Positions 41,031 through 55,119 of a DNA stretch of 64,000 nt are shown here, piece after piece. The stretch lies in NCBI GenBank assembly GCA_023213395.1, contig CM041465.1, positions 88,109,741-88,173,740 on the forward strand, written 5' to 3'. Both the position numbers and the translations under genes were made by a program. The notes below the pieces were generated by a model, which worked only from the letters and a program-made list of their open reading frames with translations, was not told the origin of the DNA and did not search any database. Position 1 is the stretch's first letter. The number at the start of each line of letters is the position of its first letter. The stretch comes from Cycas panzhihuaensis (lineage: Eukaryota; Plantae; Cycadophyta).

Positions 41031-44000
41031 TGTTAGAATAATACCCATATGGGGGCAATTGGCCACCTTAGGAATATTACCCACATTGAGGTAATAACCC
41101 ATATTATGGAAAATATTGTGGTGGCACATTGTCAGGCGTTTATTAATACCAAGTAGTGGTGGACCTTGAGAGGTGTGTTAAATCCTCTCAGTCCTACCTA
41201 TTTATTTATGGGATCCAAAGACTTCGGTGTTCTTTAACACCACCATCCTCATGGATTGATGGTTGTGGCCTCTTACTTACATTTTATTTTATTCTCTTTG
41301 CCAGTTGATTCCATCATTTGGTATTGGAGCTAAGTTCATGCATTCCTCTTAATCTGATATTTAATCTACGTATTCTTCTTCATCTAATATTTGGTTGGTT
41401 TTATAGAATTTATTTGTTTTATGTTTGCTAGTTATTAATTGACAATAATTACCTACATTGGCTTGAGGCTTAAAGTCTTTGTGTCTGTATAATTACATTC
41501 ATATATTGTGAAGGGTATTTTTTACTTGATTCTAGTGTCCAAACTACCAATGGCATTATGTTGGATTCTTGGGGTAGTGCACATCTTATGTTTAGGAGAC
41601 TTGGTCCACTACTTAGAATTTGTGTGCACTTGCATCCATCTCCTATACCAGGTTTATGTCTGCATCTATTTTCTGCTATTAATAGTCATATATCCACCAT
41701 ATTTTTCTTTCCTTCATGCCAAGAAAGATAAATGTCCTATTGTCAATATCTTAGTGGAGCACACATTTAAAAAAAAATGGCGCATGTGTTATGTATGTTA
41801 ACATATCTATTCTCATGTGTTGTAAAGCATAGAAACATGCATTTCATCTAAGGTCCTCTTATGCCTACACAAATTATATTCCATGACCATGCTTATCTCT
41901 ATACTTATGTTGGTAAGTGCATTATGAGTTTATTTGTTTGGATAGATAACACCCAAATCACATCACACCTTTATCTATCATTTATTATAGACTATATTTT
42001 ATACTTCATCTCATTCATGTTTGCATTTTGCACCTTGTTTGTCTCATTCACATTTGCATTCTACCACTTATTCACCTCTTATGCTATGGTTGTTGATTAT
42101 TAAGTCTTATTATGTTTTTCTATTTCCATTCTATAGTAGATAAATCAATGACACTCTAACATAAATAATAAGGAGGTTGCATTGTGATAACACTAATCTT
42201 TGCAGGAGTTTTATTGGATAAATAGAGACATCGACTAAGAAGACCATTTCAATGTTGGTGCCTTTCAGACTATATTCATTCCCTCTAGGCTTTGTATACT
42301 TTTGTAGGTCATTTGGTATGTGTTTTTGTGGCTTTTTAAGTGATCTTACGATAGTAGTATTATGATATCTTCGGAGTCATTGGCTTGTGTTACTGTGCCA
42401 ATTTTACTCTATTATAATTTGTTATTGTCACTCTTATGTGGATGCCTTGAGATCAAAGCCACAAAGTTTTTATACATATGCTCACATTGAAAGCTACGCC
42501 CTCCTCATGGAAAGATTATTATTTAATATTTGTGTTCTCCTACGTTTGTTAGTATAAACTTCAAAGAAAGGTATAATGTAAGTATTACACTTCATTTCCA
42601 TCTTTACATCTTCGTCTAGTATTTGTGGCCTGTGTTTATGCCTTTTAGTCCTACCAGTCTGCCTACATCTACCACCTCATCATGTTTAAGGCATGCCATT
42701 GAATACAGAGCAAATTTAAAGGCTATAAGAGTGACATGTTATTTTTTCTTTTTTCATCTAATGATCCTAACCTTTTCTTTAATCAATGTAATGCATAACG
42801 ATGACGATAAAATATTATAGAATATATGAAGATGACACACTTATTTATGGTTGTTATGTTTCATTTATATTAGAAGATATTAGCAAAATTGTTCCTATTA
42901 TTAAGCATTAAATATTGTTTATACTTTGAGAAATTTACTATCTTATATATTCTGTTAAGCTTCGGTATCCTATAGCCCTCTTTATTACACAACTTGCAGG
43001 TCATATTTAACTAGCAAGTAACTAGAGACCTTTCTTTAAAGGGGCTACTTTATTTTTTAAGGAGATTATTTTAAATCAATTACTTATTTTTAGCAAGGAT
43101 ATCTATCACCAACGGGGTCTATTTTCAAATCTACTAGCTCCAAAGTGTTCTATATTTCCACTTGAATGAAATGAGTGGTCACATGACCATGCTAGGTCTA
43201 TATTTGATAACTTTTTAATGACTAAAAGTTAGTGAAATTTTTACTTGTACTTCATGTGTTAAAGGGCTCTTTATCCCATTTAATCTCCTTATATCTTTTA
43301 ATACATAAATTGGTCATAAAAAGTTAGATTAAATATTGAGTTTGTATTTTGATTCTGTATTGAGTGAATGACCTTTTAAGAATGTTTAAAGTTATTTGAT
43401 GTAATATTTTTATAGTCAAAATTAATTCTAGTTTGTGGACTCTATACGAGTTGACACTAAAATAAATTTAACAAAACTTTAGAGGACCTAACCTCCTTTT
43501 GCTTTAGAGGAGGTTAAGTCCTAATTGGGACACTTGTGCATGTCCCAAAATTAAAGAGGGATAAGTTTTGCTTGTGTTTTTTTAGTGTCTATATTACCTT
43601 GTTCAAGTGTATTTCAATATTTCATTCAAGCACTTTACTTTTTTAAAATAGTTTATTTATAAGGTAATTTCTGCATCATGAGCTCAAGTATAAGTAATGT
43701 AATTGTGCCAAAATTTAATAGTACTATCTTTTTAAATTAGATTTGAAGAATAAAACCTATATTTATGTCAAAAGATATATGTGATTTAATTGAAATAGGT
43801 TATAGAGCATTTGATGCTAATTCTACTGAAGACCAAAAGAAGAATAAAATGTGAGATAATAAAGCCTTAGTAATTATCTTCTATACATTAGATGATCATA
43901 TTTTTTTAAGGGTTCATGAAGCAACTATGTTAAAGAAGGTATGAGACACATTAAAGACCACCTACAAAGGAGTTGTTATATCAAAACTCCAAACATTGAG

Positions 44001-47000
44001 GAGTAAGTTTAAAAACTATAAGATGAATAATAATGAAGGAGTAAATAACTTCATAACTAAAATATAAGGCCTAGTCAATCAAATGAGGGCCTTAGCACAA
44101 GTTATTAGTAAGCAAAATATGCTAAAGAATATCTTAAGATGTGTTAGTGATATTAAAAGATTTGAAATAATTATAACAAGTATTAAAATCTCTAAAGATC
44201 TAATTACCCTCAAAATTGGTTAATTAAGTACAATGCTACTTATTATTAAAGAGAAGTGGGTAGTGAATTTTTAGAATATACATTTTCCACTAAGGCAAAT
44301 ATTAGGCTTACTTTTCAAGGCCAAAGTTCTATGGGAAGAGGACAATCTCCTAAAGGAAGAGGTTAAAACTTTAGAAATCAAAATATATTTTATCAAAGAT
44401 ATGGTTAAGTTTATCAAGGGCAAAGACAATATCATCAAGGTCAAGATCATCAAGGTTAAACTTAATTTCAAGGTTAAAGTCAAAGATATTATTTTTAAGG
44501 CCAATTTAATCAAGGCTAAAGACAAAATTTTAGACCTTAAGGAAGAGGTAGAGGATAAAGTCCAAGAGGTAGGAACCAAGGACAAAGAGGAAGAAGTCTT
44601 AAAGGTAGAGAAATAATACAATATTCTAATTGCCATAGAAGTAGAAAGTTAGAAGAAAATTATTTCACAAAAAGATCTAACTTACATAAAGGAATAACTA
44701 ATATACTAGTTGAAGAAAGGAAAAATGAGAGACTCTTTCTATCAAGTTTGATAGTAAATAAAGAAGAAGATACTTGGTATATTGACTCAGGATGTTCTAT
44801 CCATATGACACATAGATAAAAGTGGTTCAGGGAGTTAGACAACACCTAAAGAAGCAAAATTATATTTAGGGACAATACCACTTAAGTTGTAATTTGTAAA
44901 GGGAATGTGGCTATATAAACAAACTTTGAAAAAACAAGGTGTATCAATGATGTACCCTCTATCCCTATGCTTAAGAAAAACTTATTATTAGTGGGACAAA
45001 TAATGGAGAAAAAATACAAGGTAATCTTTGGTAATAGAGAGTGCACCACTAAGGATAAACTAAGGAATAAAGTAATAGTTGCTAAGGGACAAATAACTAA
45101 TGACAGATTATTTAAACTAGTCATTTTCTCAACTAATTATTATACCTTAAAGGCTTTAACCAATGTGGATAGTGAAACTTGATATAAAAGAATTGGTTAT
45201 GTGAAGTATAATAGTTTGGAATTAATAAAGTATATAGAAACATTGATAGGTTTACCTAATATTGAACATGACAAGGAAGTGTATGAAGAGTGCATACTGA
45301 GCAAATAATAAAGGGAAGGATTCACTAATGATAATTATAGGGAAAATAAGCATTTTCAACTAGTATATAAAGATCTATATAGACCAATGGATGTGCTTTC
45401 ACTTGGTGGAGCTAAGTACTTTATAACACTCATTAATGATTTTACAAGGATAACTTGGGTTTGCTTTCTTAAGTTCAAGTCAAATGCACTCCAATGATTT
45501 ACTAACTTCAAAAACATGATTGAAAGATATAGTAAACATAAAATATTGATCCTAATATTAGAAAATAGGTGAGAATTCATTTCAAATAAATTTAAGAATT
45601 ATGGAAGATATTTTAGGATAAGGAAACAACTCACAAATCCTTACACCCTTCAACAAAATAGGGTTGTAAAAAGAAAGAATAAGATAATTATTGAAATGGG
45701 TAGAAGTATGCTTAAGGATAAGCATTCTGGTAATGAATATTAGATATAAGCTATACATACAATTGTTGATTTATTGAGAAAATATACAACCAAAGTAGTG
45801 AGATGGGTTGCATCTAAAGAAACTTAGATAGGTTACAAATCAAATATTAAATACTTAAAAGCTTTTGGGTGTACTTATGCACATGCTCTAGAATAAAGAA
45901 AGATAAAATTAAATGATCCAAAAATTAAAAGGATTATTATGAGTAGGGATGTCATCTTCAAGAAAGATTAATTCTATCAAGAATAAGTTATTAAAAAGGA
46001 TAAAGGCAAAAACATTGTGATTAAAGTGGACTCTAACTCAAGTGATATAAATATACCTAGTGCAAATGAAATAGGTCCATCTACTTTAATTCAAAGGGCT
46101 CCAAAATGGATACAAAGGGCTCATAATCCTCAAAATATCTTAGATACTAATTTTGAGAGAAGAACAACAAGATCTTAAAGGGTAAACTTTACACTCGTGA
46201 CTCAAGTTATGGAGTCAAATAAGCCTTAAAATTTTAAAGAGACAAACATCCAAGATAAATGAAAGAATCTAATTAAGAATGAGTATAATACCTTAATGAA
46301 GAATGACATATGGGAGTTAGTAAATTTCCTACCTAGAAAGAATGCCATTAGGATAAAATGGGTCTACAAGACTAAGTATAAATTAGATGGGTCCATTGAC
46401 AAATATAATGCAAGGTTAGTTGTAAAGGGCTATGCTCAAATTGAAAGTATAGATTATAATAAAATATTTACACTTATTAGAAGTTTAGAAATAGTCTAAT
46501 TAATCATGGTCTTAATTACATAACAAGGTTGGACAATCCATCAAATGAATGTAAAAAATGCCTTCTTGAATAGCTATGTAAATGAGGAGATTTATATCCA
46601 ACAACCTAAGGGTTTTAAAGTAAAAAGAAAAGAAGAAAATATCTACAAATATAAAAAGGCCTTGAATGGACTCAAATAAGCACTTAGAATATGGTACTCT
46701 AGGATTTATAAGTATTTAAGGATAAAGGATTCCTAAGAAGCCACTTAGGCCCTAATTTATATATAAAATTAGAAAGAAGTTCAATACTAATTATGGGCTT
46801 ATATATGGATGACTTAGTATATACTAAGAATTGTGATTACTTGTCCCAAAAGTTTAAGAAAGATATATATAAAGAGTTTGAAATAACAGGCTTGGGACTT
46901 ATGTATTATTTCTTGGGCATTAAAGTATGGTAGGATGAAAAGAGAATATTTGTATCTCAAAGGAAATACATATTGGATATATTGCATAAATTCAACATAG

Positions 47001-48041
47001 ATAGTTACAAGCCACTTACAACACTAATAGAGGTCAGGTTGAAATTATCTAAGTTTGAGGAATCTGAATTAGTTGATCCTATACTTTATAGGTAATTGAT
47101 TAGGACTCTAATTTACTTGACTTTAACTCAACCAAACATTATGTATGTAGTCAGTATGGTTTTTAGGTTTATGCATGAGCCTAAGGTAAAACATTGTCAA
47201 GTAGCTAAAAGGATTCTTAGATATCTCAGAGGTATTATGGTTTGTATTATAGGTTATCAAGAGATTATAGATTAATTAGTTATATAGACTCAGACTTGGT
47301 AGGTTATATAGTTGATAGGAAATCTACTTTAAGGTATGCATTTAGTTTGGGTTCATTAGTAGTAGTATGGAGTTAAAAGAAGTAGGCAATAATATCTCTT
47401 TCTATTATAGAAGTAGAGTGTAAAGTAGTTATAGTACGAGCTTGTGAGATAGTTTATCTTAGAAGATTGCTTTAAATTTTATAGGAAGAACATATTGATT
47501 CCACATAGTTATTTTGTGATAATCAAAGCACAATTTAGATGACTAGGAATCCAATATTTCATAATAGGATAAAACGTATTAAAATATAACATTACTTCAT
47601 CAAAGAATTAGTACAACAGGGTGAATTGGAATTAGTTTATTACAACACTGAAGATCAGGTGGCAAATATTTTCATAAAGGTACTTGGTAAAATAAAGTTT
47701 ATCAAATTTAGAGATAAATTTAGAGTCTCCCTAAATGGACATTATAGGAGAGAAATATTGGAATAATACTTATATTAAGGTGATTACCCACCTTGGGGAG
47801 ATTATCCATATTAGGGTGATAACCCATATCATTGAAAATATTGTGGTAGTATATTATTAGGTGTTTATCAACACTAGGCAGTGGTGGACCTTGAGAGGTA
47901 TATCAAATCCTCTTAGTTTTGCCTATTTATTCATGGGGTCTGAAGACCGTAGTGTTTATCAACACTACCATCCTTACAAATTGATGGTTGCTCCTTCTTA
48001 CTTGTATTTTATTTTGTTCTCTTTGTCCTATAATTCTATTA
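41031..48041 (+). mobile_element. Element F: full-length degenerate Ty1/Copia related to B, nested in the integrase of E
   Basis: LTRs 41031-41316 and 47756-48041; TSD AATAA; PBS tggtattggagc at 41319-41330; PPT at 47746-47755. Confidence 0.94.
43678..47745 (+). pseudogene. gag-pol of Copia F
   Basis: MSSSISNVIVPKFN; WYIDSGCSIHMT; LKKNLLLVGQ; KNDIWELV...KWVYKTKY...ARLVVKGYAQ; YMDDL; CDNQS. Confidence 0.94.
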
Positions 48042-48046
48042 AATAA

Positions 48047-48560
48047 TTATCTTCAAGAAATACAAGGCATTGTCTAAATCTTAAAAGAACATCTAAAAGA
48101 AGCTAGGAATTAGATGAAACAACAAGCTAATAAATATTGAATTAAAAAAAAACTAGAGATAAGAGATTGGCTTTATGCAAGACTACAACCATATAAACAA
48201 GCCTCCTTAAAAGGTTCTTAAAAGGAAAAAATAAGCCTAAAGTTCTATAGACTATATCTAGTTTTAAAAAATGGAAAAGTTAGTTACACTCTAGAACTTC
48301 CAACATATAAAGTATATATATATTTCATGTATCTTGCTTAAGAAAAAAATAGGTGGCCATATTCCTGTACAAACAGAGTTACCTATCTTAGATGAAGAAG
48401 GAAAATTAGTCCTTATATATGAAGCCATTATTGATAATCGAGAGAAATGATTATGATAAAAAATTATTCAAGAATACTTATTTAAGTAGAAATAATTTCC
48501 TGTTGAAGATGTTACTTGGGAATTTAATAAGTCTTTCAATCGACATTTAGAATTATAGAA
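48047..48560 (+). pseudogene. Integrase C-terminus and chromodomain of element E
   Basis: ILKEHLKEARN*MKQQANK; FHVSCL; LPILDEEGKLVL; EYLFK*K*FPVEDVTWE. Confidence 0.88.
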
Positions 48561-51500
48561 AAGAAGTTTTGTGGGTGAAACATCTTAGGGGGAGGGCTTT
48601 TTAAGACCCTAATTAATAATTAATTATCATTTGATATTTAAAAGGGTATGATTAAAAATCCACAACCTTTTGAATGGACACCATACCACCTATAAAAATG
48701 TGAAAACCATGGTAGCAAAACATCACCTATTTTTAATCAATAAAACCTATTGGTCTTTTGACTATTACTCTCTTAAGCATACTTTTATGCTCTCATGTGC
48801 TCTCTTGAATTTATCAATTATCCTCAAGTTACTAACTAGAATCATAATAGATAATCTTAGTATAAACTCACATAATGTGATTTCCTCGTGAAAGTAGTTT
48901 GCCATGGAAAGATGTTATTTTGAAGTGTTTTTCCAAAAGAGGAAGTTTTACAAGACTAAGTTTTATAAGAAAGAGAGTTTCCTATTTGTGAAGGGTTGAA
49001 GTAGAAGATAACAAGAGTACAAAAGAATTGATCTTTAGGAAGAAGTTATATGGGGAACATAACTTATAGGAAAGACATTTATGAGGAGGATATTTCTAAG
49101 AATACTCTTAAAATAAAGATAGAAAGAAAAGAAAATTTCACATAAGTTCACTCATGGAAAAAAACCCTCCACTTAAGCGATAAATACCAAATAATAATTG
49201 TGTAGACAATGTTATTACAAGTTTGTATTTTATATTTTAGACATGTGACAAGAGACTATAAAACAAGACCACCATACCTTTATTCAAGAAAGATGCCATG
49301 AAAACATATACATTAATTTTTATCATACATCTAGGCCATTTATTTTGACAATATGATAGGAACTATTTGATCATTGATATGCATCAGATGGATTGACATA
49401 TGGCTAGTAGAATGTTAGTATGAGGCATGTAACACTAATAAAATAGAATGGAATAGTTATATCAACTTCTTCTATTTTATATTTTTTAGTATCTCATTGT
49501 TGAACATAATAGAAGAGAGTGCATGGGGAGAAGGTGCAAGTAGAGCAACAGTGAGATTGTGCATATGAGAAGGTTGGTAACTAAGTTCCAAAAAAAATTT
49601 CACTGTGTTTTCTATCAATTAAGTATAATTGTGAAGGTTAGAGATCTAGAAACTTTATAAGAATTCTAATAATTTAGGACACAAATTAGCTTTGTATTGA
49701 AGATGTTCATATATCCCAAATTAATTTGATTGTTAGCTCAATGCTTAACTCCCAATATGTAGATAATTATGAGACCTAATAATCAACCACTAGAACTACT
49801 AATTATGGAGAATATTCTCTACTTTTTAGATTAAATCTTCTTTTTAATCCTTTTAGCTTTTAGGGTTTTTAGGATCTCTGATCTTATTACCCCTCTCAGA
49901 TCTATAGGTTTTTATACACATATTTACCATATTTTAGCAGCTCAATCCTCTCTATTTTTTTTACCATTTATTGGATTCTTTATATATATCTGACATGTTT
50001 TTATTATTTATTTACCTTCTAAACCATCAATAGACCTATACCATTCTTCATGCAATAGATCTTTGAGTTACATAATTGGAAAAACTTGCATATCGTCTCA
50101 AAATTTATCGCTCACCATTGGCACCTTTTACCCACCTAACTTGCTTTGAATTACATAAAAGAAGCATTAGATCTAGGAAATGACTTTAACCTATTATTGA
50201 TAGGGCCCTGAACATCGATCCCTTATAATTTTATCTTTTGTCATTGCTACCTGACTTCATACTAGCTAATTTAACTTTCATATGTCTCTAATGATCACAT
50301 ATCAGGCCATGTGATTAAATTTGATAGATTTTATTAAAATTATATTTCTTAAAGTTTCATGTATGAATTAAATTGAATTATAAATTCTTTCAAGTTCATC
50401 CTTTGACTTTAACACTTAATTTTATGCTCTCCATCACATGATTATGGATTGAAATGAAGGTGCTCAACCATTTTTTCGTATGAAATTTGATTTTTCATAA
50501 TATCATTTCAGTTTTTTATAGTTTTCACTTCAGAGGGATGGAAAATTTCTAACTTGATTAGACCAACATGTTTTACACTTTGTTATGGAAAAAAATGAGT
50601 GGTTGAACAACCCCTTTTCATAATGATCACAAGAGATTGTAATCTCTAAACATAACACATTAAATTTTTAAGTTGTTTTCCATATATTAGCCTTAATTGA
50701 CTCTCCTCCACTCTTTTGTTAAAATTTCCTATATATGATGTTTGTTTCATAAACCATCTGAATCAATGGGCTCTTAATTTATATATTATTCCAATGGGTG
50801 GTCATATAATTACTTTTGCCCAATATTTTTGGCATAATTTAATTAAATTCTTCTAAACTCTTAACCCACACATTATAATACCTTCTCGTATTTTTGCTTG
50901 TATCTCACTCATATGATCTCAAATTTTAGATCTATTTAAACTAGTGCATCCCTAATTCAAATTCCCTCATCATGACTAGTATTTCTCATTTCTTTTCACC
51001 CATTTTAATTTTAATTTTTTGAAAAAATTGTATCCCAATTAAGTGCTCATATTTTTATGGTATGCTTCTCTTGTAAATTCAAGAACGTTTCCCTCAAAAT
51101 TTATTTCCTTGTAATGGATGTTAGCCCTTGCCCTTTTGGTCCTCTTAAGGAGAATGTCTTCATAGAACATATTCTTGAATAAGAGACTCCCCACACTTCA
51201 TCTCCTTTAAATTGAATCTTTAATTTGTTCTCAATTAATATTCTTTGAGTCACCTTCTACTTCTTATACACAAACCACTCAACCTAGGTTTACGATATTA
51301 GTGTTATCTTTAGCCTCTTATACCTTAGGTTATAATGCTCTTGTTACTAAATTCATAAGAGCCCCACAAATAACTCTTTATTATAATTATGCACACTCAA
51401 CTTTAATCTTGTAGGCCCTACTAACTGAAGTTACTCCCTCTACTTTTGTTCTATTAACACATAATCTACCCCATAATCATTAAGTTTTATTGGTTCTTCA

Positions 51501-51899
51501 TCACACAAGACATCTCAATCCATTTCAATTTGTTAACCCCTTATATCACAACCTCTTACATAGGTCATTCGTCAAATGATTTCCCAACAACTTATTCAAT
51601 AAACCTTGCATTGACTTTCTATTATTTCACCATTGATTTGGCTTGAGCCATTCTTATTTTGTTAAATAAAGGATCTCACAATCAAACTATAACTTCTAGG
51701 TATCAATATCCTCAAGTAAATTATGATCCACTTCTTTAACAAGTTATATCATGACTTAATAGTCCTACTTTTCAAGTAATATATTCTTTACAATTTGGTT
51801 TAAGTTCTTTACTTCAATCTCCTACATCTCATGGTGTTTTTAATAAAACCCCAAGGGAGTACCTTCTCATGGTTTTGTAAGTTCTTAACTTACTTAACC

Positions 51900-53330
51900 A
51901 TTCATTGGTCCCGCTTTCCTACCTTCGTAGTTTACCTAGATTATTAACCCTCTTCTGTAAAGTGTTCCATCTTGTTAGCCTAGAATTGGAGTTTCATGAC
52001 CTTCAGTTATATCATAAAATTACCCTCTTAGATTCTTTCCTTATGGAACTAATCCAGAAGTGTCCAATGTTCCATATCCTATCATGGGCATAAAGACCTT
52101 TACTCAATGCATTCCTAGGTTCTACATAGATTATATGAATAACTATCTTACCACAAACATTTAAATAAAACCTATTTTCTTGCTAATTCCTTCATTACCT
52201 CACTTTAAAGGAGCTTAAGGAGAAGATCCATAACATCACATCCATGCTTTTTATTTAGAATACTCCCAATAACAATAGGATAGTAATGTTCTTTGCCTTC
52301 TTTGTATCCATACACTTTTTAGTAATACACTCAAATGGTTCTATCAATTATCTCCCTATAAAATATATACTTTCCAATAACTTATAAACTAATTTGTTGC
52401 CTATTTTGATATAGAGAAACCTTCTAATTTAGGTATCAAAGCCTTATACTTGAAGGAATCTTCTCATGAATTTGCTAAGCAATTCTAAGATATAGTCTTA
52501 CTTCAAATTATAAGTATCTCAATGGTCTTCTTATCAAAATTATTCTTAAATGCTCTTAGACCATAACTTTATTTTGAAGTGTTGAAGATGAACCCTACTT
52601 CGTACCAAGATGCCTTTAAAAAGGCTCTTGTGTATGAGGCTTTTGAAATTCAAGCTTATATTAATCCTCTTCCAAAACTCAATGCCTACAAATCTAATAA
52701 GTTTGAACCTCTTAAGGACCTAAATTTCTCTTACAAGATAAATTATATGACTCTCTTACATTTATACTATGAAGTTTAAATCATAAGTTAGGAGGCAATA
52801 CCCAAGATAATACAACTTAAAAAGAGGAATCTCCTAGAACCATTACTTTTACCAAAATATACATCTCTCTATCTAAATGTTATACTAGAAGGTAGTGCTC
52901 ATTTCATGGAATGAAATCTTATTTTAAGGATGCGTATTAAACTGTGTAAAATGAAGTTCCATGCTTATCATCATACTTAAAATAGATCCAAATCTAATTT
53001 GTATTAGCCAATGTTGAAAATATCTTTCCCCAATCACGATACAGAATAATAATCTTAATAAAAATAAAACAACAATAAAAGTTTGCCCAAATTTGATATT
53101 TCTTCTACATCCTCTTAATCTTCTGAAGAAAATAATACTTTGCCTAATAATAAGCAAATTGTTCCTTCTAATAAAAAACTCCCTCTTAATGATAAAGGGA
53201 AAAGAGCAATTGGTTTTATTGTTACTTTTATATCTTCTTAAGAAATGAATCCTTTTCCTAGTCACAAGCAAATGATTTTTTCCAAAGAGGATTTACTCGA
53301 TACTATTATAGAAAAATAGATAATTATTCA
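51900..53330 (+). pseudogene. gag: gag fragment of a Gypsy related to element A, with no pol following
   Basis: LPHFKGA*GEDP; KWFYQL; FVAYFDIEKP..GIKAL; VLKMNPTSYQDAFKKALVYEAFEIQAY parallels A's VLKMEVITCDSTIAKCLALEAIEIQVF. Confidence 0.75.
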
Positions 53331-54820
53331 AAAATTTCTACCTCTCTAACGAGGAAAAACTATAGCTTTAAAAATTCAACTACTAATGAGCTAAAACTAT
53401 AGTCAATCACATGTTCCACTAGTCATATAAACTAGACACATCTATACTCTACTATGAGATAGAACTAGGTATATTTATATATACATATATTATATATATT
53501 ACATTTATAATTGTTTCTAAGGTTTGAGAAATAAGTTTTTTTTTTTTTTTCAAGTAAAGAGGTACCACTTATTATGAAGTGTTGTATATTTGATTTATTG
53601 TTATTAGCAGTTTTAAAACTAAAATTCATATATCTGATATCACATATGGTTTTACTCCTTAGTTGTTGAAAAACTTGATTGCTAAACATTAATTAAGTAT
53701 CTCACACTCATACATTCCATATACTCATGTGATTTCCTACAATCCTATATATATTATATCACCTAGATTATTATTTTCTCCTTAATATTTATTTTACATA
53801 CTTAAAAGTCAATATCCTTCAATGAAACCAAAAGGTAGTATCTAATTGGCTTTTCTATATTTTTCCATGATTTAATCTTAGAAGTTAACATTTCAATCTT
53901 ATAGGACTTTATGTTTCATTAAATACATTATATTAGCCAAATAGATATTCTAGAATTGATAGATATCTCCTCACATAGTCTTATATTTATTATTTATTTA
54001 GTCCCTTATATTAAACTATCCAAATTTACTACCTTATCTATAAATGTGGTTGGTTTTCTTATGAGCCTCATGTGGCCATTCACTAAACTATAGATTTGTA
54101 TGATACACTTGCATACATATTGACACATCTGTGGGTTCAATGGTGATTAGTTTTATTAATCTCATAGTATCATTTATTAAATCATAGACTTATGTGATCT
54201 AACATACATCTCATCTTGATCAATAAGTTTAGTGGTGAATAATCTATCTTCATTTTATCATTTATTGAATCATTAGTTAAGTTAGTATCACACACACACA
54301 CACAACTTAGCTAGTAAGATACTAAAGTCATCACTCTTAGATGTCACACCATGAATGGACTCTTATTAGGACATAGGGACACTACATCTTTATTTTATTT
54401 TTCTTGACAATTGAATATAAATCTATCATATGCTCATACTTTCCCACATCTATCATATGTTAATTTCTAATATAAATCTAGGAATACAACTTTTTATGAC
54501 ATTCATATATTTAAGGGGAGTAAAGGAAATCTTAGTTTTTTAATTATTACTTAGGTTATTTAAAATTACATTGGCTATGTTATGTTTAATGTGAGATTGG
54601 TTATTCATTACTTTCATTATTTCACATATCTCTTATGGTTTGATCAACCTTATCCTAATATAACATTATTACATTAAAACTTGAAAAACTAGCCATTCTA
54701 AGTTTAGTCCTCTATTTGACCTAAATTTTACTTAGATTTAAACCCTAATATGTTATCCATAAACCTTAGCATTAGATAAAGATGTAGGGTATTACCAATA
54801 TTATATATACAAACATACGA

Positions 54821-55119
54821 TGTTAGGGATCCAACCCCTAACTAACCTTCTCTTATATTCTCTTATATCTTCTATTTCTTCTACTTCTTTTCTTTTCTTA
54901 ATACTCCACATGCATAAGTAGGAGGTTATATATATATATATATATATATATAATCCTTAAATTATAATATCTTGAATAACATTGCTATTGTATATAATTA
55001 AGAGGTTGTCCCCTTAAAAGATATTATAATACAAGTGCTCTCTTTTGGTGTTATTTAGGCATTGTGTTAGTGTGATGTTATCAATAAAGGAGTGGTATTC
55101 TACCAAGTGGTATCAAAGC
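54821..55119 (+). repeat. Short LTR followed by an iMet PBS
   Basis: TGTTAG...CTACCA (54821-55105), then TGGTATCAAAGC (55108-55119); contains a (TA)n run. Confidence 0.6.

Larger units (their letters stand above)
37380..49218 (+). mobile_element. Element E: degenerate chromovirus (Reina/IFG-like Ty3/Gypsy); 5' LTR not found; interrupted by Copia F
   Basis: gag VWIQQMKNYF...EW; PR ILIDP..THNFI; RT LVKKKDKS..YVDY, PFGLTN; INT WESVSMDFIIGLP, SDRDPK; chromodomain; PPT at 48586-48597; LTR from ~48600 with uncertain end. Confidence 0.88.

Noticed and set aside
41330-43400. Additional nested insertion in the long leader of Copia F
   Set aside because: The length suggests one, but I could not find termini with a matching TSD
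53800-54530. Remnant of a Gypsy integrase C-terminus with PPT (taaggggag) and LTR start
   Set aside because: Too decayed to support by eye; needs an HMM search
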